Below, one piece after another: positions 46,188-53,392 of a stretch of DNA of 53,392 bases. Below the pieces are notes generated by a model. The model did no database searches. It worked only from the letters and a program-made list of their open reading frames with translations, and was not told where the DNA came from. Each line of letters begins with the position of its first letter. The stretch's first letter is position 1. The stretch is from NCBI GenBank assembly GCA_035299365.1, contig DATGWS010000268.1, forward strand, positions 1 through 53,392. The letters are read 5' to 3'. A program made the translations under genes and the position numbers. The DNA comes from Candidatus Didemnitutus sp. (lineage in GTDB: Bacteria; Bacteroidota; Ignavibacteria; Kapaibacteriales; Kapaibacteriaceae).

Positions 46188-47464
46188 AATTGGAAGGACA
46201 GACCCGCTGAGAAGATATTGAACGTGCTTACGTTATAGTCGAGCGCTAAACGTACGGGACCATAATACACGGATGCGCCAATGGTCCACTTCACGTTCGT
46301 ATTGCCGGCGGTAACCACAGACGTTTGTGGGTTCTGATCTCCGGGCTGTTCTGCTGTTGGTACAGCTGGCTCACCGGGTGGGGGTTTGGGTAGCAAACCC
46401 AATTCGATCTGTGTTTCCTGCGGAAGAACGTAGGTATAGGTGCTGGTAACAGAAATGGTTTCCCATGCTAAGCCTGTATAGACATCAACCGCATCCCAAA
46501 GATTCTTGCTCGCGTGGATATTTGCGCTGAAGATCGTGGCATCAGCCTCAAGCTTTGATTCCGTGAAGCCTACGGTGTTACGAAGAGACGTGCCTTGATA
46601 GATACCCTGCACGGCAAGATCGAAGTATCGTTCGGGGAAATACTGTGAAAGGCTATGCTTGAGTCCAATTCCCCAGAATGAGAATTTTCCAACGTTTGGA
46701 TCGAACTCAACTGGAGGCACGTACCGAAGAAGGAGCTCCGTTCCAAAGATGGAACCGATCTCTATCTGAGGCACGGCAGCAATGATTTTTGACATGTCCA
46801 CACCGGGAGGCAACGTAAGGAAGCCAACCAATTTTACGTTGGATACAAGTCCCTCGAGTCCGGCCTGACCAGCGCTGTCGAGGAGTTTGTATTCAGGTCG
46901 GTTACGCAGTACCGTCAGCAACTGGTCATTCGTTGGGAGTAACACCTTGTTATCGGGTTTATAGCCAAAGAGCGTAGCAGCACTATCCGGCGTAACGATG
47001 TAGCCACTGTCTTGGCAGTCCCTGAAGAGCTCCTTTACGAGCATTGTAGCAAGTCCGAGTGTGTCCTGATAGGAGTTTCCTATCTCAAAGCGCGGACCGC
47101 TTGGGCCTATGATAATACTACCATACTTCGGGAGTTCGGTGAAGACATTCACACGTGGACCGAGATCTATGGTTGGTACATACCAACGTTGATCTTCGTT
47201 GATATAGCCAACCATGCCATTCACACTTACACGTATGTATGGTTTTTCAACAGACTTCGGAACAAAGGCCCTATCGTAAAACCGCGCATTCGATGTTGCA
47301 TTGATCGTATTTACCATCGGCTGGATATACGGAACAGCATTACTCTCAAAAAGATCTTTGAGGATGGCTCGCGTCAGATCCACTGCCAGCGGGTTGTACA
47401 ATTGTTGTGCATTGGCCGAGATGGCCACCGCTAACAGTACGAGTATGGAAAGGGGCCTACGCAT
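46184..47464 (-). CDS. Hypothetical outer-membrane beta-barrel protein
   Basis: It has a signal peptide (LLAVAISANAQQ) and a C-terminal FSAGLSFQF with a terminal Phe. Confidence 0.55.
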   Translation of the reverse strand: MRRPLSILVLLAVAISANAQQLYNPLAVDLTRAILKDLFESNAVPYIQPMVNTINATSNARFYDRAFVPKSVEKPYIRVSVNGMVGYINEDQRWYVPTIDLGPRVNVFTELPKYGSIIIGPSGPRFEIGNSYQDTLGLATMLVKELFRDCQDSGYIVTPDSAATLFGYKPDNKVLLPTNDQLLTVLRNRPEYKLLDSAGQAGLEGLVSNVKLVGFLTLPPGVDMSKIIAAVPQIEIGSIFGTELLLRYVPPVEFDPNVGKFSFWGIGLKHSLSQYFPERYFDLAVQGIYQGTSLRNTVGFTESKLEADATIFSANIHASKNLWDAVDVYTGLAWETISVTSTYTYVLPQETQIELGLLPKPPPGEPAVPTAEQPGDQNPQTSVVTAGNTNVKWTIGASVYYGPVRLALDYNVSTFNIFSAGLSFQF

Positions 47465-47466
47465 CG

Positions 47467-47649
47467 TTATCGCAGCAGTTTTGCTCGAATGACAAAGTAG
47501 ATCGGAACTGCGATCAATGCAATGAGCACAAATCCCATCAGATCAAGCGCAAGCGCAAATACGTGTCGAACAATCCACCACAATACTTTGAGAACAATAT
47601 ATCCTACGGCGAGAGCGAGGATGATTGCGAGGATCTTCTTGAAGTTCAT
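47467..47649 (-). CDS. Small 2-TM membrane protein
   Basis: 60 aa with two clear hydrophobic helices. It sits 2 nt from the downstream gene and overlaps the upstream gene by 4 nt. Confidence 0.55.
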   Translation of the reverse strand: MNFKKILAIILALAVGYIVLKVLWWIVRHVFALALDLMGFVLIALIAVPIYFVIRAKLLR

Positions 47650-48959
47650 GGACGTTGTAATTCGTGTAACATGCTTCCGAGCTGATGGGCTGCCGCACGG
47701 CGTTCATACTTGACGATTTCCGTCGTGTTCGGGTGTGTGATCTGCTCGCCCCTTTTCCATCGATCAAGAAACGTGCCGATGATCTTGGCAATGCCTTCAA
47801 TATCGTCTTGTGATGCGCTGGCACCGGCGGATGTTTCGTTGATCAAGGTTGCAATGGCGCTTTCTTGTGGGGCAAGGGCAATGATTGGACGCCCAACGCC
47901 TAGGTATTCGTAGACCTTTCCGGGCACGATTTCGGCGCTTTCCTTTGCATCATCCACAATCAGGAGCGATGCCTCACTCTGCATGAGGTATCCAATGCTC
48001 ACATCGTGTGGCACATAGCCGATCCTCTCTATGGAGGGGGCAAAACGCGACGTATCAAGCATTTCGTGAACCTCATCTCCAAACCGTCCAACAAATCTGA
48101 TGTGAACATCTTCAGGATGAACGTGACCTTGGTCGAGGAGTCTGTCCAAGGCTGCAAGGAAGGACTTTGGCGTGCGACGTCCATACATTGAACCGGTATA
48201 GGTCACGGTGAAGCGTTCGTTGCGGGAGTAGGAGACCTTTGGGAAATCCGAGGCATCGAAACCATTGGGTACGTGCCTGAAACGCCTACGGTCGAGCTCG
48301 GGATACTTCCGCAGCGCATCATCGATGATTCCGGTCCAGGCGCATTCTATGAGATCGGCTTCCCGAAAGACCGATCTCTCGAGTGAACGGTCGATGGCCG
48401 CCGGAAGAAACCATCTGTCGGGGGTTGTGAGAAACTCAGTCCATGGGTCTCTGAAACCAGCCACCCAAGGCAACCCGGTTTTGCGTTTGATAGAACGTGC
48501 GATAAGTGCACATGTGTAGGGTGGTGATGAGCTATAGATAGCGTCCACGTGATGTTCTTCCACCATCTCCAGCCCCTTCTTTACTGCAGTTAGGAGCCAG
48601 CCTACGCGAGCGTCGGGAATAAAGAGTGTGGCCCTGATCCAGTTGGTGACGTGTTCCTTCCAGCCCCGTTGCTCAGATCTTGCCTTGTTTACGTTGACAT
48701 CGATCGCCGCACTCTTATTACCCATGAACCTGCGGTAGAGGTCATAAGGCTCAAGGATGGGTACACGAACAACCGTGATGTCAGAAGGAATCTTTGCAAG
48801 GAGTGATTCGTCCCGCGCCGGGAAATCGCCATTCTCAACGGTTAACACAACCGGACGCCATCCGGCTTCTCGTAGGTAGGTAACGTGTTTCAGTACGCGT
48901 TGGACGCCCGGACCGCCGCCCGGGGGGAAATGGTAGGCAATAACGAGAACGGTTTTCAT
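47646..48959 (-). CDS. Glycosyltransferase family 4-like
   Basis: The ATG at 48959 (MKTVLVIAYHFPPGGGPG) overlaps the upstream stop in an ATGA arrangement. It has a GT-B pattern with a C-terminal E..G...E-type motif (VPGKVYEYLGVGRPIIA). Confidence 0.75.
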   Translation of the reverse strand: MKTVLVIAYHFPPGGGPGVQRVLKHVTYLREAGWRPVVLTVENGDFPARDESLLAKIPSDITVVRVPILEPYDLYRRFMGNKSAAIDVNVNKARSEQRGWKEHVTNWIRATLFIPDARVGWLLTAVKKGLEMVEEHHVDAIYSSSPPYTCALIARSIKRKTGLPWVAGFRDPWTEFLTTPDRWFLPAAIDRSLERSVFREADLIECAWTGIIDDALRKYPELDRRRFRHVPNGFDASDFPKVSYSRNERFTVTYTGSMYGRRTPKSFLAALDRLLDQGHVHPEDVHIRFVGRFGDEVHEMLDTSRFAPSIERIGYVPHDVSIGYLMQSEASLLIVDDAKESAEIVPGKVYEYLGVGRPIIALAPQESAIATLINETSAGASASQDDIEGIAKIIGTFLDRWKRGEQITHPNTTEIVKYERRAAAHQLGSMLHELQRP

Positions 48960-49783
48960 GCAGGCAACTGAAAGACAAAGGCTGCTTCCATCGCAAGTGC
49001 GCGCACGCCGGGTATTGATCGAAGTGCTGTGATCTCTAAACTTGGAATGGGACGCTGGTACTTCCAACGGAATACTGGACGAAGTCCGAAATAGCGTTCC
49101 GAGAGGACGCGGAGTCCGGACGCATGGGCAGAGGACAGAACCTTACGCGCAGAACACCTGATGGTGTGAAGTCGCTCGAGCTCTTCTTGATTCACAGGGT
49201 CTCCGCCCTTTACAAAGCCCCCAAACACGGACCACGGCAACATGTGAAGGAAGGGTACGGAACCAGCCTTGGTTCCCATCAATTGTTGATGTCCGCCAAA
49301 GGCCGAGGTATACGGTGGAAACGTCACAAGCACAACGCCGCCCGGCTTGAGTAGACGCGCAATATTTTTCAAGGCAATGGCTGGATCATCCAGGTGTTCT
49401 ATCACATCACGTAGCAACACAATATCAAAACGAGCTCGCCATTCCTCCGGAATTGCCTCGTAGATCACATCGTGCTGCGTGAACACCATATTCAGTCCAA
49501 GCCCCTTCCACAACGGATCACTGATCTGTGTAAGAAGTGCCCCTTGAATATCAGTCCCCAGCATATAGGAAGCGCCTTGCTCTGCAAAGGCAGCAAGTAC
49601 TCCACCCTCAGCACAACCGATCTCGCACACTGCGGCCGCGGCCGGCATATGTCCAAGGTCCTTCAGCCAAGGAATTAGAGTGTGTTCTGCCAGTCGGTAC
49701 TGCATTCGCACATTACGGATCGTGCGGGGGTGCAGATCCATCTGTGCTACGAGGTTAACAAGGTCTTGAGGTAGGGGGCTCAT
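48956..49783 (-). CDS. Class I SAM-dependent methyltransferase
   Basis: Motif I reads VCEIGCAEGG and motif II reads DIVLLRDVIEHL. Confidence 0.75.
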   Translation of the reverse strand: MSPLPQDLVNLVAQMDLHPRTIRNVRMQYRLAEHTLIPWLKDLGHMPAAAAVCEIGCAEGGVLAAFAEQGASYMLGTDIQGALLTQISDPLWKGLGLNMVFTQHDVIYEAIPEEWRARFDIVLLRDVIEHLDDPAIALKNIARLLKPGGVVLVTFPPYTSAFGGHQQLMGTKAGSVPFLHMLPWSVFGGFVKGGDPVNQEELERLHTIRCSARKVLSSAHASGLRVLSERYFGLRPVFRWKYQRPIPSLEITALRSIPGVRALAMEAAFVFQLPA

Positions 49784-49814
49784 GTAACGTCAAAGATAGC
49801 ACGGAGCGCCACCG

Positions 49815-49822
49815 TATCTTTG
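49815..49822 (+). promoter_or_regulatory. Candidate Bacteroidetes-type -7 box (TAnnTTTG)
   Basis: TATCTTTG ends 10 nt before the GT2 start codon, which implies a very short leader. It sits in a 49-bp divergent intergenic region. Confidence 0.4.
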
Positions 49823-49832
49823 CGCACCTTCT

Positions 49833-50834
49833 ATGAAGTACTCCATCATTGTGGCCGTCTTTAACAGGCCGGACGAACTCGACGAGCTCCTTGAGAGCCT
49901 TACTTTTCAGTCGTTCACGGACTTTGAGATCATCATCGTCGAGGACGGCTCTACGGTAAGCTCAGAAGCCGTGTGTGCCCGATATGCCGGACGGCTTACC
50001 ATCCGTTACTTCTTCAAGGACAATAGTGGTCCTGGACCATCCCGGAATTATGGTTGTAGGCGTGCCTCGGGTGACTATTTCCTTTTCATCGATTCCGATT
50101 GCACCGTGCCCCCTCACTACCTCTCCTCAATAGATGCAGAGGTTTCTGAGAAGGGGCTTGACGCATTTGGGGGTCCGGACAGGGAACACGAGCGTTTCAC
50201 TCCCGTGCAAAAGGCCATAAGCTATGCGATGACATCGTTCCTTACCACCGGTGGTATCCGAGGTGGCAAGGTTCGTGTTGGCGGTGTCTTTCACCCACGC
50301 TCATTCAACATGGGTATCTCACGCGAAGTCTTCAATGCTACGGATGGCTTTGCCCGCATGCGTTTTGGGGAAGACGTGGAGTTCAGTATTCGCATGATGT
50401 CCATGCGATACAACGTGCAACTCATTCCCAACGCATGGGTCTACCACAAACGGCGTACAGATCTCAAGAAATTTTTCAAGCAGGTCCACAACAGCGGCAT
50501 AGCGCGTATCAATATCACGCTGCGTCACCCCGGCACGTTAAAGATTACCCACTTCTTCCCAACTGCTTTTACCCTCTACGTGGTACTCGCACTCGGCTAT
50601 ACCCTCTTTGCGCCATACGGCTGGATAACACTGATTCCATTAGGCGTCTACACACTTGCCCTCTTTATCGAGAGCTCACTTCGTTATCACTCTGCCATAT
50701 CCGGACTTCGATGCGTCCAAGCATCCTATGTGCAACTCATCGGCTATGGCACCGGCTTCATCCGCGGCATGATCTGGCGCGTTATCCTAAACAAGCCTGA
50801 GCAAGGGGCTTTTGAGAAAACGTTTTATGAATAG
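49833..50834 (+). CDS. Glycosyltransferase family 2 with C-terminal TM helices
   Basis: The sequence reads YSIIVAVFNRPDEL...IIIVEDGS...FIDSDC (DxD). The C-terminal third is hydrophobic. Confidence 0.8.
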   Translation: MKYSIIVAVFNRPDELDELLESLTFQSFTDFEIIIVEDGSTVSSEAVCARYAGRLTIRYFFKDNSGPGPSRNYGCRRASGDYFLFIDSDCTVPPHYLSSIDAEVSEKGLDAFGGPDREHERFTPVQKAISYAMTSFLTTGGIRGGKVRVGGVFHPRSFNMGISREVFNATDGFARMRFGEDVEFSIRMMSMRYNVQLIPNAWVYHKRRTDLKKFFKQVHNSGIARINITLRHPGTLKITHFFPTAFTLYVVLALGYTLFAPYGWITLIPLGVYTLALFIESSLRYHSAISGLRCVQASYVQLIGYGTGFIRGMIWRVILNKPEQGAFEKTFYE

Positions 50835-50924
50835 CGAATAGCGAATAGTGAATAGCGAATAGTGAATAGTGAATAGTGAATTATAAATTTGATTCTGAAT
50901 TCGCTATTCGCTATTCGCTGTTCT
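50828..50924. repeat. Inverted pair of heptamer arrays filling a convergent intergenic gap: 7-8 x YGAATAG, a 15-nt spacer, then 3 x CTRTTCK
   Basis: The left arm (50828..50883) is the reverse complement of the CTRTTCK family, and its first unit contains the GT2 stop TAG. The right arm (50899..50924) is GAATTCG-CTATTCG-CTATTCG-CTGTTCT, and its last unit contains the stop of the minus-strand gene. Confidence 0.9.
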
Positions 50925-51687
50925 ACAGGCGTACCTGCACCATGAACGTAAAGTTCAAGTGATAGACGATGCTTTCTGCTGGTTCGTTCAGGGAGACGGG
51001 GGTAAGGAGTTCACCACGGCCGCCTTCTGAGGTAGGTCGATCGTCTCTACCGAGGATGTTCATGGCTCCCCAGCCTACGCTGGTATTGATGAACACCGGA
51101 TAGTATACTTCGCCTTCGATTCCTAAGCGGGCAAGAGCGCCGAAGCGTGTTGCAGAAGGCTTGCCGTTATACATTTGCGAACTGGATTGAATAGTATCGC
51201 CAACAACTACATTACGAGTGGAAGAGATCGTGTTTTCCCCTACAATCAAAACACGAGCTTCAGCGCCGATGTATGCACGAGCGAATGCCCATGGGAATTC
51301 AATGAATGACCATTCAAAGCCCGTAAAGCCGGTATAGAGTTGATTCGAATGTGTCACTCGAATGTTGAATAGTTCGCTATTGACGGTCTGTGTTCCACTG
51401 AAGGAGAAGAAGTCGAAGCCGAGCGGGATGCGGAACTTCTTTTGTTTGTCGAGATCGGCATAGGCACGTAGACCCCAGCCCATTTGAGCACCGTCAAATC
51501 CGCCCCCTGCCGTCACCTTATCGTCGGGGAGTTCTTCTCCGGCGCTAGCGATACGCTGAACGGCGGGATTATCATTCGTGATCCAGTCCGTGGAGAGTCC
51601 GGCTGCAATGCGGAAACGTACTTGACCCTCAGCGGAGGTGGCAAGTATGAGCGTAGCAACAAGCAGGAGAAGAAGATTTCGGGTCAT
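50923..51687 (-). CDS. Hypothetical outer-membrane beta-barrel protein
   Basis: It has a signal peptide (LLLLVATLILATSAEGQ) and a beta-strand pattern. Confidence 0.55.
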   Translation of the reverse strand: MTRNLLLLLVATLILATSAEGQVRFRIAAGLSTDWITNDNPAVQRIASAGEELPDDKVTAGGGFDGAQMGWGLRAYADLDKQKKFRIPLGFDFFSFSGTQTVNSELFNIRVTHSNQLYTGFTGFEWSFIEFPWAFARAYIGAEARVLIVGENTISSTRNVVVGDTIQSSSQMYNGKPSATRFGALARLGIEGEVYYPVFINTSVGWGAMNILGRDDRPTSEGGRGELLTPVSLNEPAESIVYHLNFTFMVQVRL

Positions 51688-51741
51688 GTGTTTTCCAATA
51701 TCGGGCGGAGTTTTTGAATTGACCGTTCGAATGGAGGAAGG

Positions 51742-52989
51742 TTACGTGAGTCGTTCGCGGACGCTGAATCGTTGGTGTTCGAGGTTATTCTTCACAATAA
51801 GCTCACCGATGAGACCGATCGAGATGAGTTGCACACCTACGATGATCATGGCAATTCCAAAGAGGGCAAGAGGACGATTACTGAGGGACGTAAGCCCCAG
51901 GAACCACTCAACAACAAGATAGAGGTCCGTTACCAATCCAACGATAGCAAAAAGGGAACCAACAGCACCAAAGAAGTGCAGGGGGCGCTTAATATACCTT
52001 GTGGTAAACATCACGGTCAGGAGATCGAGGTACCCTTTCAGGAATCGGCTCATTCCAAACTTCGAGGAGCCGAACTGGCGAGCGCGATGTTGAACAGGAA
52101 TCTCGGTTACGCGAAATCCCTCCCAATGTGCTAGAGCCGGAATGTATCTGTGCATCTCGCCGTATACCTGTACACTATTCACAACGTCTCTACGATAGGC
52201 CTTGAGACCACAGTTGAAGTCGTGGAGCTTTATGCCACTCATGCGCGAGGTAACGGAGTTAAAGAGCTTCGACGGTATGGTCTTGTGCCAAGGGTCGTGA
52301 CGTTTGCGCTTCCATCCCGACACGAGGTCGAAGCCTTCTTCGAGCTTCGAAATCATAGCCGGAATTTCAGCCGGATCGTCTTGGAGATCCGCGTCCATAG
52401 TGATCACGATGTCGCCCTTGCTCTCAGCAAAGCCAATCGCTAATGCGGCAGACTTTCCATGATTTGTACGGAATCTAATGGCCTTGAAGCGGTTGTTTCG
52501 AGTATGCAGGTCTTGGATAACACCATATGAATCATCCGTAGAGCCGTCATCGATGAAAAGAACCTCGTAGCGTCCGCGGGCAACTCGTTCAAGGACCGTT
52601 TCTAGTTGTCGGGCCAATTCGGGAAGTGACTCTGCTTCGTTCAATAGCGGTACTACGACCGACACGGATGAACTACCAAGGTGTTCTGTCCTAGTACGCC
52701 GATCGCCCCGTTGGTTCTGCGGCCGGGATTGCTCTCTACGCCCATGATCGTGACGTGACGGTTCAGAACGTGGTTGCTCGGAACGCTGCTGTTCGGAACG
52801 CTGGTGTTCAGAACGCTGGTGTTCAGAACGTGGTTGTTCGGAACGTGAATACTCAAATCGCGATTGTTCTACGCGCGGTTGTTCAGGACGTGGGTTCTCT
52901 GCTCGTGGACCTTCGGAAGCTGCACCGTCCGGTCTTCTACGTGGTCTACGCCTGCGCGATGGTCTGTGGCCTTGTTGTTCTTCACTCAT
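51742..52989 (-). CDS. GT2 polyprenyl-phosphate glycosyltransferase (DPM1/GtrB/ArnC-like) with a repeat-built disordered N-terminus
   Basis: The core reads VSVVVPLLNE...FIDDGSTDDS...TMDADLQDDP and is followed by two C-terminal TM helices. The ATG at 52989 (MSEEQQGHRPSRRRR) is preferred. The N-terminal about 100 aa are RSEQP/RSEHQ-type repeats. Confidence 0.8.
   Translation of the reverse strand: MSEEQQGHRPSRRRRPRRRPDGAASEGPRAENPRPEQPRVEQSRFEYSRSEQPRSEHQRSEHQRSEQQRSEQPRSEPSRHDHGRREQSRPQNQRGDRRTRTEHLGSSSVSVVVPLLNEAESLPELARQLETVLERVARGRYEVLFIDDGSTDDSYGVIQDLHTRNNRFKAIRFRTNHGKSAALAIGFAESKGDIVITMDADLQDDPAEIPAMISKLEEGFDLVSGWKRKRHDPWHKTIPSKLFNSVTSRMSGIKLHDFNCGLKAYRRDVVNSVQVYGEMHRYIPALAHWEGFRVTEIPVQHRARQFGSSKFGMSRFLKGYLDLLTVMFTTRYIKRPLHFFGAVGSLFAIVGLVTDLYLVVEWFLGLTSLSNRPLALFGIAMIIVGVQLISIGLIGELIVKNNLEHQRFSVRERLT
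52761..52895. repeat. About 9 tandem 15-bp units (GTTCRGAACGYKGKT-type), in frame inside the GT2 N-terminus
   Basis: The units include GTTCAGAACGTGGTT, GCTCGGAACGCTGCT, GTTCGGAACGCTGGT, GTTCAGAACGCTGGT and GTTCAGAACGTGGTT. On the minus strand they encode the pentapeptides RSEQP/RSEHQ/RSEQQ. Confidence 0.85.
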
Positions 52990-53011
52990 GATTATTGCTT
53001 CCTTTGATTCA

Positions 53012-53392
53012 TCACTGACGCATGATGATGCGTGAAGTGATGCTTCCGTCCGGACCAACAACGCGAACCCCATAGGCTCCCGGCGCAAGTGTGGAAAGAT
53101 CCAAACGAACCACACTCGACGTGGCCTGATTCGTTGAATGTGTCACACCATGCAAGCTAAAGACCGATATAGTGGAGCCTTCAGCAACGCCATTCAACAC
53201 TACAACGTCATTTGTCGGGTTAGGGAAGAGTGTAAGTTTTGACTCTTCGAACTCGGCTACGTCAGAAGTAGTACCGTTGTACCAAACCAAAACCTTGAAT
53301 CGGGTGAGAGCCGGATTGTCTGTAGAAAAAGACGTTCCAGCCTGAATTTTCACCTTAATAAAGTTGTCTGGGAAGTCCGTGATTACGTCAAC
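53012..53392 (-). CDS. C-terminal part of a T9SS-sorted secreted protein (5' end beyond the window)
   Basis: The reading frame stays open to the right window edge (VDVITDFPDNFIKVKIQ...). The C-terminus reads LFPNPTNDVVVL...LAPGAYGVRVV...IIMRQ. Confidence 0.65.
   Translation of the reverse strand, partial: VDVITDFPDNFIKVKIQAGTSFSTDNPALTRFKVLVWYNGTTSDVAEFEESKLTLFPNPTNDVVVLNGVAEGSTISVFSLHGVTHSTNQATSSVVRLDLSTLAPGAYGVRVVGPDGSITSRIIMRQ

Overview
This is a 53.4-kb bacterial chromosomal window with dense coding, about 55 protein genes and one tRNA-Phe. It has no rRNA and no CRISPR. The lineage looks like the FCB group (Bacteroidota, Ignavibacteriota or Chlorobiota-like). Four proteins end in T9SS-type C-terminal sorting domains (xPNP ... 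GxY ...). Three upstream regions carry the Bacteroidetes-type TAnnTTTG -7 box.

Recognisable content, left to right:
- a partial IS3-family orfA at the left edge, next to an AAA ATPase
- a divergent secreted copper-oxidase pair (tyrosinase lipoprotein and T9SS multicopper oxidase) with a CxxC thioredoxin-fold protein
- Fic, a pyruvate kinase-like protein and a VIT-like membrane protein
- a porin / periplasmic L-asparaginase / AAE-family transporter module
- DsrE-like and BtaA-like (DUF3419) genes
- tRNA-Phe
- an NfeD-flotillin operon
- a BacNav-like voltage-gated channel with an odd pore, then GNAT and a CoA-binding protein
- rlmN and an FAD oxidoreductase
- an ECF sigma / anti-sigma pair
- a long minus-strand run: MFS-guaA-membrane protein-DJ-1-metG-ftsL-ftsI
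- cdd and mutY
- an envelope-glycan locus (GT4, SAM methyltransferase, two GT2, beta-barrels)

The most unusual signal is non-coding. Two families of perfectly phased heptanucleotide tandem arrays, CTRTTCK (or its complement) and AGTTACK, begin at or within about 30 nt of gene stop codons. Some are paired with a conserved 8-bp-stem hairpin. One lipoprotein gene is bracketed by two directly oriented hairpin+array modules.

Other oddities are a 12-bp iteron run in front of fic, a duplicated 32-bp hairpin unit, and a 15-bp in-frame repeat that builds a disordered N-terminus on a GT2. All protein calls come from motif recognition by eye. No database search was run.
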